NCBI GenBank assembly: GCA_964645695.1
Contig: CAZXZT010000001.1
Location: forward strand, 1 to 30,062
Source: an uncultured archaeon
GTDB taxonomy: Archaea > Thermoplasmatota > Poseidoniia > MGIII > CG-Epi1
Length of the DNA: 30,062 bases
Direction of reading: 5' to 3'
Shown: positions 20,616 through 29,325 of the stretch, one piece after another
Numbering within the stretch: position 1 is the stretch's first letter
Layout of the letters: every line of letters begins with the position of its first letter
Made by a program: the position numbers and the translations under genes
The notes under the pieces: generated by a model
The model's input: only the letters and a program-made list of their open reading frames with translations
The model's database searches: none
What the model was told of the DNA's origin: nothing

Positions 20616-21286
20616 TCTAACTTCACCTCTTTAATTTCCAGACGTCCTGCAAAATTGGAATAGTGCTTTGTTGACTTGACTATCTTTATCGATCGTCTGA
20701 ACAAGGGTGCATCCTGAACAAATGATTCGATCTCGCCACCTTCTCCTGCTGGATTTATACCGTATTCTGATTCCAGAGCAATCAGCTCCTCTACAGATTT
20801 GGAATCGATCTTCCTGCCAAGCCAAGTCGCATCCAGAGGTTCTGCGGCGACACCCGTTATGATGGATACTACATTGGTTGCAATTAGTTCCTGGAGCAAC
20901 GATTTTTGTGTCTTTTGCCACAATGGATTAAAACACCAAAGGTTTAGATCGTTGCACGCTCTTTGAATTCTTGTAGACTGATAGGTTGAGGCCAAAGCTC
21001 CAGAGACAACTCCGTCAATTGAGTATTGTGAAATTGCAGACCTGATGATTGAATGTAGATCCTCCAGTTCCCTCTCCTTGACACCGCTTGTTCTAGACAC
21101 AAGATGGGGGAACCCCATTGCCTCAGCTTGCGTCCTGGTCCATTCAATAGCTGGAGTGTGAAACATCCAGCTGTCCTCGCGTTCTGAATGAAGGGTCAAG
21201 AGACAACTTATCTCGTTTTCCTGAGATGCGTGTTGCAGAGCAAGATAGGAATCCTTGCCTCCCGAGAACAAAACTGCCAGTTTCAT
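20612..21286 (-). CDS. dph6: Diphthine--ammonia ligase (Dph6, PP-loop ATPase)
   Basis: LFSGGKDS, SWMFH, GVVSGALAS.YQ, NPLWQ, GVAAE, WLGR, PAGEGGE.ESFV.DAP. Confidence 0.9.
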   Translation of the reverse strand: MKLAVLFSGGKDSYLALQHASQENEISCLLTLHSEREDSWMFHTPAIEWTRTQAEAMGFPHLVSRTSGVKERELEDLHSIIRSAISQYSIDGVVSGALASTYQSTRIQRACNDLNLWCFNPLWQKTQKSLLQELIATNVVSIITGVAAEPLDATWLGRKIDSKSVEELIALESEYGINPAGEGGEIESFVQDAPLFRRSIKIVKSTKHYSNFAGRLEIKEVKLE

Positions 21287-21870
21287 CGCTTCCTTTTAGC
21301 TATCAGATAAACTTCGCTTGATTTCTTCCTCGATGCTTCTGGCGATAGTGTCCTGACGGAACCAAACTCATCTATGACGGCTTCACGGAAATCTTGAAAG
21401 TCTGAACCTTCGAAAACTTTGACCACGAACGAAGTGGCTTTTCTCTCCGATGCAATGTCCAGTGCTAAGGACGACAATTCCACGGAACGGGCCTGATCTA
21501 CAGAATAGTTGCCGGAGAGATTAGGGCTCATATCTGATATAACCACGTCGGCCCTTGGCAAGAGGTTCTCCAGTTCTTTCCTCGTTTCCAGTTCACGGAG
21601 ATCTCCCTGAATGAATTGAGCGCCCTTCAAGGGAAGAACATGCTGTAGGTCCACGCCTACTAATTTCCCATCATCGCCAACATGCTCGAGAGCTACTTGG
21701 GACCAGCCTCCCGGTGCGGCTCCAAGATCCAGAACCGTATCGGCTTTCTTGAATATCTTGCTTTTCTTCTGGATGTCCATCAACTTGTAGGCTGATCTGG
21801 CACGATAGCCTTCCCTACGTGCACGTCTCTGGAAAGCGTCGCTACGACCTCTCCGTCCTTGACCTGGCAT
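21283..21870 (-). CDS. rlmE: 23S rRNA 2'-O-methyltransferase RlmE (FtsJ/RrmJ)
   Basis: GYRARSAYKL, VLDLGAAPGGWSQ, VISDMSPN, FVVKVFEG, ASRKKSSEVY (K-D-K-E tetrad). Start moved to ATG 21870, forming a TAATG overlap with the HEAT gene. Confidence 0.95.
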   Translation of the reverse strand: MPGQGRRGRSDAFQRRARREGYRARSAYKLMDIQKKSKIFKKADTVLDLGAAPGGWSQVALEHVGDDGKLVGVDLQHVLPLKGAQFIQGDLRELETRKELENLLPRADVVISDMSPNLSGNYSVDQARSVELSSLALDIASERKATSFVVKVFEGSDFQDFREAVIDEFGSVRTLSPEASRKKSSEVYLIAKRKR

Positions 21871-22925
21871 TATGATCCGCCAGCTTTTTTGAGGGCCCAT
21901 TCCGCCGCTTTACAAATATTTCTATCAGCACCGGTGGTCGTGCGGTTACGTATGATGCCTAAATGTGGCTTGACCAGAGCAGGTTTGTTCGAACCGATGT
22001 AGCCCAGTGCTTTGACAACTTCAATATGAATGTACCAGTCCTCATTCTTGAGGGCCTTGGCCAGTCGAGGTACTGCATGATATACAATCATTGCATCCTT
22101 ACTCCCAATTCTACCCAGTGCCGTAGCAGAGGCTTTCCTGAGTTCCGACGATTTACTTTCAAGACCTTGGATGAGACCAGGGACTGAAGCCTTGACTGCA
22201 TCGGGACTCGCGAGACCGAGCATTCCTATACAGTCTGCAGCTCTTTCCTTCAGGCGTTCGCCTGAACCGAAAGCAACAATGACTTCAGGGGCCAAAGCCA
22301 ACGAGGGGTCAGGATATTTTCTTGCAAATTCAGTCAGGAGGACAATCGAATGATACTTGACACGCCAATCGTCGTCTGCCAGCGCATTCTTCAGTTCAGG
22401 TAAGGCCACTTTGGGCACGCTGTGGAGAATCTTCGACAAAGATTCCTGTGTCTGGTAACGAATGTCCTTATCGTCGTCGCTTAGCATCTCGAAAAGGACG
22501 GCGATGGTGTCGCTTGTTTTGGTGTCGGATTTTAGAGAAAAACGTGTCCAGATATCAACCACCTTGCTTCTGACGCTTGGGTACGGGCTATCTAGGGTCT
22601 CCTGAATTGTTTCAAATATCTCCTCTTCGCGTGAAACTCTGACTTTACGAAGTTCGAGCAAACCGTCAATAATCGCTTCCTGAGGAGAGGCCAGCTGACC
22701 TGGCAATACTCTTAGGAAAGAAGTTATAATCGGATCGGCCCACTTATCATCAGTTTGGGCCTGAATTACGAGAGCTTGCACCGCGGCGCTCCTTTCAATT
22801 TCCGTACCGCTTTCCATTTCGGCAAGATTTCGCTCTATTTTACGGTCCAGAGAACTGCCACCAGCAGAATCGGCCCACTGGCCAACAGTTTCTTTCAAAT
22901 TCTGGAATCTATCCCGAAAACCCAC
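21870..22925 (-). CDS. HEAT-repeat protein
   Basis: Tandem repeats of about 40 aa such as L.D.D..(I/V)R.....L..I and L.S.SSELRKASATALGRIG. Confidence 0.85.
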   Translation of the reverse strand: MGFRDRFQNLKETVGQWADSAGGSSLDRKIERNLAEMESGTEIERSAAVQALVIQAQTDDKWADPIITSFLRVLPGQLASPQEAIIDGLLELRKVRVSREEEIFETIQETLDSPYPSVRSKVVDIWTRFSLKSDTKTSDTIAVLFEMLSDDDKDIRYQTQESLSKILHSVPKVALPELKNALADDDWRVKYHSIVLLTEFARKYPDPSLALAPEVIVAFGSGERLKERAADCIGMLGLASPDAVKASVPGLIQGLESKSSELRKASATALGRIGSKDAMIVYHAVPRLAKALKNEDWYIHIEVVKALGYIGSNKPALVKPHLGIIRNRTTTGADRNICKAAEWALKKAGGS

Positions 22926-22947
22926 GATGGCTCATCTGGGGATGATA

Positions 22948-22956
22948 GTAATAAAC
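22948..22956. promoter_or_regulatory. Candidate bidirectional TATA element shared by the HEAT operon and gatD
   Basis: The 50-nt divergent spacer holds one AT-rich element: TAATAAAC 19 nt before the gatD ATG, and TTTATTAC 22 nt before the HEAT GTG. Confidence 0.5.
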
Positions 22957-22975
22957 CTAGCTTGATTGAAGGAGC

Positions 22976-24235
22976 ATGCCGACGGTGGCAGAAAAGTTCA
23001 TAAGCGACAATGGCGCGAAGTTCCATGACCGCATCAGGATAAGTACAGACAAAAAAACATACGAGGGGGTTTTGTTACCTAGACATAGTTTTTCGGGAAG
23101 TAATATCGTGGTCCTGAAACTTGACAACGGCTATAATATTGGAGTTTCTGTAGAAGGGGCAGAATTGACGATTCTTTCAAAGGCGAAGAAAAACAAGAAA
23201 GAATTTCCTGAAAAAAAGAAGAACAAAGGACTGAGGGATATTTCCGTACTGGCAACCGGGGGCACTATTGCATCCTTCGTCGATTACAAAACGGGAGCTG
23301 TAAGTCCGGCAATAACTGCTGAAGAATTGGTAAATTCAGTCAGCGCACTGGACGAGATTGCAAACATCAACGCCGAACCTCTTTTCTCATTGGCTTCTGA
23401 GGATATGACACCCAAACATTGGAAGAAAATAGCAAATAAAGCGAAAGAGATTCATGACAAGAAACAGCACGGAATAGTAATTGGACATGGGACTGACACT
23501 ATGGCCTACTCGGCCGCTGCACTCTCATTTCAACTGCCTGAAATATCCAACCCTGTAATATTCACTGGTGCGCAACGTAGCCCAGACAGACCCTCGAGCG
23601 ACGCGCACTTGAATCTGACAGGAGCTACCAAAGCTGCTATGACCGATCTGGGTGAGATTGCTGTCGCCATGCATCAAACCACAGATGATGAAAACGTAGC
23701 TATATGGAGGGGGACGCGAGTCAGAAAAGCTCATTCTTCAAGAAGAGATGCCTTTATGTCTCCGAACGAAGCGCCGTTGGGTCTGGTAAAAGAACATGTA
23801 GAATATAGAGGCAAGTATCGTCCCGTTGCAAAGGAAACTAGACTGGAATCTGGCTTTGAGGATAATATCGGAATGGTATGGTCGCATCCTGGACTTAGAA
23901 TTGAAGACTGGGAGAGTATAACTTCCAGTAAAAAAGGAGTGATTATCGCTGGAACTGGATTAGGACATGTCAAATCGGAACTTCTAGAAAGTATTGGTAA
24001 AACGGCCAAAGACATGCCTGTGGCTGTTACAACTCAGTGCCTGGGAGGATCCACAAATCTTAATGTGTACAGAAATGGAAGAGAACTGCTTGGAAAGGGA
24101 GTCGTAGAGGCTTATGATACACTACCAGAAACGGCGTTAGTGAAGATGATGTGGCTTTCGAAACACAAAACCGATGAAGTTAGAGAATTAATGGGCAAGA
24201 ATCTAGTTGGAGAAATATCGAATTCTCGGAAATAG
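22976..24235 (+). CDS. gatD: Glu-tRNA(Gln) amidotransferase subunit D
   Basis: N-terminal EGVLLPR...VVLKLDNGYNIG, ATGGTIAS, HGTDTM, GAQRSPDRPSSDA, RKAHSSRRDAF, GTGLGH, LPETALVK. Shine-Dalgarno GAAGGAG. Confidence 0.96.
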   Translation: MPTVAEKFISDNGAKFHDRIRISTDKKTYEGVLLPRHSFSGSNIVVLKLDNGYNIGVSVEGAELTILSKAKKNKKEFPEKKKNKGLRDISVLATGGTIASFVDYKTGAVSPAITAEELVNSVSALDEIANINAEPLFSLASEDMTPKHWKKIANKAKEIHDKKQHGIVIGHGTDTMAYSAAALSFQLPEISNPVIFTGAQRSPDRPSSDAHLNLTGATKAAMTDLGEIAVAMHQTTDDENVAIWRGTRVRKAHSSRRDAFMSPNEAPLGLVKEHVEYRGKYRPVAKETRLESGFEDNIGMVWSHPGLRIEDWESITSSKKGVIIAGTGLGHVKSELLESIGKTAKDMPVAVTTQCLGGSTNLNVYRNGRELLGKGVVEAYDTLPETALVKMMWLSKHKTDEVRELMGKNLVGEISNSRK

Positions 24236-24276
24236 GGTCACGGAAATCTCTTTAGACCGCAGTTCAGTATTGACAC

Positions 24277-25392
24277 ATGATTAAGCCCCGACATCAAGAA
24301 TTAGCGGATTTGCTAATTAACCATTCATGTTCTCTGAAAAAAGGCGAGAGGTTGTTGATCGAGGCCTTTGACATACCTGAAGAAATGGTTATCGCTACTG
24401 TCAGAGCCGCAAGAGAAGTTGGCGGATTGCCATTTGTTTCATGGAAAAATAATCTGATCCTCAAAGAACTAATAACTGAGACTACTGATGACCATATGGA
24501 CTTGATAGGTTCTGTTGAAAAATTCAGAATGGAGAAAATGGATGCCTACATCGGCTTCCGGGGAAGTCTGAATATTGCCGAAATGTCGGACGTCGAATCT
24601 GAGAAAATGGCTATTTATCAGTCAAAACTGTTACAAAAAGTGCATTTTCAGGAGAGAGTACCAAATACAAAATGGGTAGTTCTGAGATGGCCGACACCAT
24701 CGATGGCACAGCAGGCCAACATGTCGACTGAAGCATTCGAAAGATTCTACTTCGATGTATGTTGCCTGGACTATACTAAAATGGCTAAAGCAATGAAACC
24801 TCTCAGAGAATTAATGAACAGGACAGACAGAGTCCATATCAAAGGACCTGGAACAGATCTGCGTTTTTCAATCGATGGAATACCTGCTGTCTCCTGTGCC
24901 GGTGAACACAATGTCCCTGATGGTGAGTGTTTTACGGCACCCGTGAAAGACTCGGTAGAAGGGCATATTCAATTCAACGCTGAAACATTGTACCAAGGGA
25001 CGGTGTTCAACGACGTAAGGCTGGAATTTGAGAAAGGTAAAGTCGTCAAGGCAACTGGGAGCGATGATGAAAAAATAAATAACATTCTGGACTCTGACGA
25101 TGGCGCAAGGTATATTGGTGAATTCGCAATCGCCTTCAATCCGCATATAACAGAACCAATGAAAGATATTCTTTTTGATGAGAAGATAGCTGGAAGCTTT
25201 CACTTCACTCCTGGAAACGCATATGACATGGCTGACAACGGTAACAGGTCTGACGTGCACTGGGACATGGTTCTCATTCAGAGACCGGACTATGGGGGCG
25301 GAGAGATATGGTTTGATGACGTGCTGATTAGAAAGGATGGAGATTTTGTTATTTCGGAATTGAAGGGCCTAAATCGAGGAAATTTAGTATAG
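24277..25392 (+). CDS. Aminopeptidase, M29 (thermophilic metalloprotease, AmpS/PepS) family
   Basis: [54 protein letters not shown]. Confidence 0.93.
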   Translation: MIKPRHQELADLLINHSCSLKKGERLLIEAFDIPEEMVIATVRAAREVGGLPFVSWKNNLILKELITETTDDHMDLIGSVEKFRMEKMDAYIGFRGSLNIAEMSDVESEKMAIYQSKLLQKVHFQERVPNTKWVVLRWPTPSMAQQANMSTEAFERFYFDVCCLDYTKMAKAMKPLRELMNRTDRVHIKGPGTDLRFSIDGIPAVSCAGEHNVPDGECFTAPVKDSVEGHIQFNAETLYQGTVFNDVRLEFEKGKVVKATGSDDEKINNILDSDDGARYIGEFAIAFNPHITEPMKDILFDEKIAGSFHFTPGNAYDMADNGNRSDVHWDMVLIQRPDYGGGEIWFDDVLIRKDGDFVISELKGLNRGNLV

Positions 25393-26516
25393 TGGTAAAC
25401 GAAAAGAAAGTAAATGCAATCGCTGATGCGGAACAGGCAGGTCTTTACTATTCCAGCAATGCTGAGCCTGGTTATACCAGAAAAATGAATGAAAAGGAAT
25501 CGCTCTTTTTTGATATGAGCGGAAAACCATTAAAATCAAAGAGAGAACTCAAAAGAGCAATCGAACTCAGAATCCCACCAGCCTGGACTAAAGTTTGGAT
25601 TTGCGATAAAAAGAACGGACATTTGCAAGCCACAGGAATAGATTCCAAAAAGAAAACTCAGTACATTTATCACCCAATCTGGACACAATTAAGGAGCGAA
25701 GCCAAATTTGACAAAATGGTCTCATTCGGAGAAGCTCTCCCCAAAGTAAGGGACCAGTACTTCGAAGATCTGGCTAAGGAAGGTAACCAGAAACAAAACA
25801 ATATGCCTTATGAAAGAGTAATGGCCCTTATTGTCAGATTGTTGGATACCACATTCATTCGTATAGGAAATGAAACTTCAAGAGATGACGAGAAAGCCAC
25901 TTATGGCTTGTCAACTATGCAGGACGAGCATATGGATTTTGAACCAACTGAAATAACAGATGAAGATGATAAATGGTACGATTCCCAGGTGGGTGGTAAA
26001 TTCACATTCGTTGGAAAAAGTGGAAAGAAACATGAAATCGAGATAAAGGATGAAATCTTTGTGGACCTCCCGGCCCTCATTATGCTGTGCAAGTATACAA
26101 AAAAGGAAAGGGGAGGTGACCTCTTTGCATTTTTTGACGGAGAAGGAAAGACACACGATGTCAAAGCTTACCACGTCAACGAATACATACAGGAAATTGC
26201 AGGAGAAAAATTCACGGCCAAAGATTTCAGGACATGGGGAGGGACAAAACTGGCTGCCAGGGAATTGACGAAGTTCAAAAGCAAAGATAACAAAGCCCAA
26301 CGCAAAAAGAATATAACCAAAATGGTTAAAGCCGTTTCAAGTCAGCTGGGTAACACACCTGCCGTTTGTAGAGGATCGTATATTCATCCCCGATTCATAG
26401 GAGACTATCTCAAAGGATCCTTCTTTAGATTGTGGAAGGATAGTCTTGAGGGAGAAAACTTAATCCACCTCACAGAAAACGAAAGTCACGTAATAAGGTA
26501 TCTAAAAAATAGATAG
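25392..26516 (+). CDS. DNA topoisomerase IB, short bacterial/poxvirus type
   Basis: LRIPPAWTKVWIC, HLQATG, QYIYHP.W, and the catalytic set RIGNE (Arg), GKSGK (Lys), KDFRTW (Arg), LGNTP (Asn at the His position), SYIHP (Tyr). Confidence 0.93.
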   Translation: MVNEKKVNAIADAEQAGLYYSSNAEPGYTRKMNEKESLFFDMSGKPLKSKRELKRAIELRIPPAWTKVWICDKKNGHLQATGIDSKKKTQYIYHPIWTQLRSEAKFDKMVSFGEALPKVRDQYFEDLAKEGNQKQNNMPYERVMALIVRLLDTTFIRIGNETSRDDEKATYGLSTMQDEHMDFEPTEITDEDDKWYDSQVGGKFTFVGKSGKKHEIEIKDEIFVDLPALIMLCKYTKKERGGDLFAFFDGEGKTHDVKAYHVNEYIQEIAGEKFTAKDFRTWGGTKLAARELTKFKSKDNKAQRKKNITKMVKAVSSQLGNTPAVCRGSYIHPRFIGDYLKGSFFRLWKDSLEGENLIHLTENESHVIRYLKNR

Positions 26517-26547
26517 GTTTAAACACCCATATTGAATAGTTGCACCA

Positions 26548-26766
26548 ATGGCTCTAAGTGACCTTACACCAAGGGACAAGAAAGTTTACGAATACCTGAA
26601 AGCCAAGGATTTTGTCGAGAATGCATGGTCTACGAGTAAGGCTGCCAGAGCGCTGAAGATGAAAGAAGACGATGTTTATGTTTCACTCTGTAATCTAGCT
26701 GAATACATGAGGAACAACATCCATATTCACTACAGGGATGGTTCGATCCGAATCGGAGCCAACTAG
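26548..26766 (+). CDS. Small winged-helix-like protein, 72 aa
   Basis: LTPRDKKVYEYL...WSTSKAARALKMKEDDVYVSL..L followed by a beta hairpin. TTTAAACA 22 nt upstream. Confidence 0.6.
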   Translation: MALSDLTPRDKKVYEYLKAKDFVENAWSTSKAARALKMKEDDVYVSLCNLAEYMRNNIHIHYRDGSIRIGAN

Positions 26767-27059
26767 CTACTCAACGTAAAGAGTTGCCAATCTCCTTTGC
26801 CATCCAGATAGCCTAGACGAACCCCGCAATCCAGCCATCCATGTGCATAATTTATTGCGGCAAAGGCATCATCTCCTCTACCCTCTTTCAGAAAATACTT
26901 TGAGTCTGAAAGATAGGCGCCTACCATTGCCAGAATATCCTGTGCTTTGGAATGACTCTTGCCTTCTGAATCACCAATAATTGACACTTTACTAAGCGCT
27001 TTTTCAGTCAGTGCTAAATATTTTTCGATTCTAGACAAAGTGACTGGATATTCATCCAT
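26763..27059 (-). CDS. DUF357 family protein
   Basis: IEKYL..TEKAL, AYLSDSKYFL..G...AFAAINYAHGWLD.G.RLG. Confidence 0.9.
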   Translation of the reverse strand: MDEYPVTLSRIEKYLALTEKALSKVSIIGDSEGKSHSKAQDILAMVGAYLSDSKYFLKEGRGDDAFAAINYAHGWLDCGVRLGYLDGKGDWQLFTLSS

Positions 27060-27136
27060 GATTGGGATAGGATGCTACACTTAATCTTTATAGTAACTAA
27101 CCGAAACCATTAATTTCAGGGGTAAATCTTGTTACT

Positions 27137-28258
27137 GTGCACAAAAGACTAGGCGCTTCCGTAATTATAGTGATGCTTATGACAAGTATCTTTGCTTATT
27201 CTGCACCTACAGTTCAGGGAGAAGAAACTGAAAATGGGTTACTGAGCAATCCTATACCTTTGCATCTAAATCTGAAGGAAGCTGCTGAATTTTCACCTGA
27301 AACTAAATCGGACATTGAATATATTGCTGCGGAAGAAAAGTATTCTTCCCACGAACAAAACACTCCGCCACCCGTTTCAACACGAAATAAAGGAGAGTTC
27401 AAGTCAATGGGTATGTGGGAGAGTGACCCTGTTGGCTACGAAGTAACCATAACTAGTGTAATGTTCAACCTATGGTGGGTTGAGGATCCGGACGATGAGG
27501 ACTATGATGCGAATCTAGAGCTCAGATGGACTGTGTTCCTCGATGGTGAGCAAATATTCCAGTATGAGGACAATGAGGATGACAATGATGGGGATGAATA
27601 CGAGGATGGAACAGGTCCTTGTGACCAAACAAGAGATAATCCCTGTGAATATGCAGAGTCACCAACTAATGATTTTCCAGAAACTGTAGTCCAAAGCGGA
27701 CAAACACTTTCTCTTGAGGCTGAAATGAAGGCCTTTCAGGCCATCTATATCTACTATGACAACATGAGTCGAGACTCGGGAATGATGATTATGGCAAATG
27801 CTGTTAGTTTTGGAAATTCAAATATCGGAAGTGATACAGTAGGGTTTGAATTTGTGCAAGCATGGGGAACAAACGTACAAGAAGCAATTGATGGTAACTT
27901 TCTAACAATTATAGTAGACAATATTGAAATCGATAATTCCCAGCAAGTAAGTGGCTACCCTATGATAACCGAAGGTGCAACTTACGACTTCAATGGAACG
28001 AGTGTAAAATCTACAATGATAACTTGGAAAATCGAGGATGAATATGCAAAACTAGAACAGACCATAATTAGTTTCTCATATGGACGAAAGGCGTCAACAA
28101 CTACGCCCCCAATATCTATTAATATTGTAGATTTACCAAGTGCAAAGTCAAGCCAGAGTGGTGAAGACGGGTTGTTACCAGAAAGTTTACTAGGATTTGA
28201 AATTCTAGTGTCTGCGCTTGCCTTAATGGCTGTGGCGCTAAACAGAAGAGAACTTTAA
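27137..28258 (+). CDS. Secreted acidic surface protein with C-terminal PGF-CTERM-like anchor (LGF variant)
   Basis: N-terminal signal peptide, D/E-rich body, and terminal GLLPESLLGFEILV + hydrophobic helix + NRREL. Paralog of 28276-29325. Confidence 0.8.
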   Translation: MHKRLGASVIIVMLMTSIFAYSAPTVQGEETENGLLSNPIPLHLNLKEAAEFSPETKSDIEYIAAEEKYSSHEQNTPPPVSTRNKGEFKSMGMWESDPVGYEVTITSVMFNLWWVEDPDDEDYDANLELRWTVFLDGEQIFQYEDNEDDNDGDEYEDGTGPCDQTRDNPCEYAESPTNDFPETVVQSGQTLSLEAEMKAFQAIYIYYDNMSRDSGMMIMANAVSFGNSNIGSDTVGFEFVQAWGTNVQEAIDGNFLTIIVDNIEIDNSQQVSGYPMITEGATYDFNGTSVKSTMITWKIEDEYAKLEQTIISFSYGRKASTTTPPISINIVDLPSAKSSQSGEDGLLPESLLGFEILVSALALMAVALNRREL

Positions 28259-28275
28259 TAAAACGAACTCAATGC

Positions 28276-29325
28276 ATGGGCTCCATGAGAATGCCACTCG
28301 CTTTCCCAGTTACTGCAGTTTTTGTCATAGCCCTGTTTGCAATTGTCAACGATACAGACGGAGAGGAACCAGAATATCAGAATCCTGATATCCAACTTAA
28401 GTTTAATTTGAAAGAGGATGCAGAGTCCTTAACACAACAGACCAAGATGCCTGACGAACCCGAGGCCCATTCGACCGGATCTGCAGACTATGATCAGTAC
28501 CCTTTCTTCAGAAGTAATCGGCAACCTGCCAAGGTCAGTACCTGGACCAGTCTACCTGCCGAATTTGACGTTTCAATAAACATTGAGACTGCAGATATAT
28601 GGTGGGTAGGGAAAGACCCTGATTACGAGGCTGACTGTGAATGGACCTTCTATATCCATCACAACGATCAGGAGGTAAGCGAGAATGTTGAAACTTGTTC
28701 AAGCAATGGAGATGAGCTTATCAGGGAAACATACAATGTTGGTACTACCATTGACCTTGTTACTGGAGATACCTTCGCTCTGGAACTATGGTACGAAGGA
28801 TGGGAAGATGTTGACATCTACCACGACAATGTGACCTATGATACTGGATTAAATGTAGGAGGTAGCCACGTTATTTTGTTTGGTGGAATGTGGAAGGGCT
28901 CAGAAGTCACTGTCGAGTTCTCCGAAGCTTGGCCCACCAACTGGGACACAAACATAAGAGCCGGATATATCATGGTCATGGGCGCTGACGGGTACATGGC
29001 AGATAACAATAAAGCTAGTGATATGGAAGGTTCGGAATACTCTATCCAGATGGCAAATGGAACTGTAGATGTAACGTCTACCATCATAAAATGGACTGAA
29101 GTCACTGGCAATGATCTGAAGATAATGATGGATTATACGGCCTTTGACCATATGGGTAACAGCAGTGCAAACGGTACTCTTAGTGCCCCAATAGTAACGT
29201 TGACTCTTGAGAAGGACCAAAGCGGACTACTTGGAGATGAAGGCGGATTCCTAGGCTTGCCCGGATTCGAAGTAATGATAGCTATTCCGGCAATAGCATT
29301 CGTGGCAAGGCGATTCAGGAACTGA
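28276..29325 (+). CDS. Secreted acidic surface protein with PGF-CTERM-like anchor
   Basis: Signal peptide and terminal GFLGLPGFEV + hydrophobic helix + RRFRN. Confidence 0.82.
   Translation: MGSMRMPLAFPVTAVFVIALFAIVNDTDGEEPEYQNPDIQLKFNLKEDAESLTQQTKMPDEPEAHSTGSADYDQYPFFRSNRQPAKVSTWTSLPAEFDVSINIETADIWWVGKDPDYEADCEWTFYIHHNDQEVSENVETCSSNGDELIRETYNVGTTIDLVTGDTFALELWYEGWEDVDIYHDNVTYDTGLNVGGSHVILFGGMWKGSEVTVEFSEAWPTNWDTNIRAGYIMVMGADGYMADNNKASDMEGSEYSIQMANGTVDVTSTIIKWTEVTGNDLKIMMDYTAFDHMGNSSANGTLSAPIVTLTLEKDQSGLLGDEGGFLGLPGFEVMIAIPAIAFVARRFRN

Noticed and set aside
21870-22925. HEAT protein as deoxyhypusine hydroxylase
   Set aside because: This was attractive given the translation-modification context, but the repeated His-Glu iron-binding motifs of DOHH are absent.
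25392-26766. TopIB plus HTH as the integrase and regulator of a mobile element
   Set aside because: The motifs are TopIB rather than tyrosine-recombinase. I saw no flanking direct repeats, tRNA target or other mobile genes.
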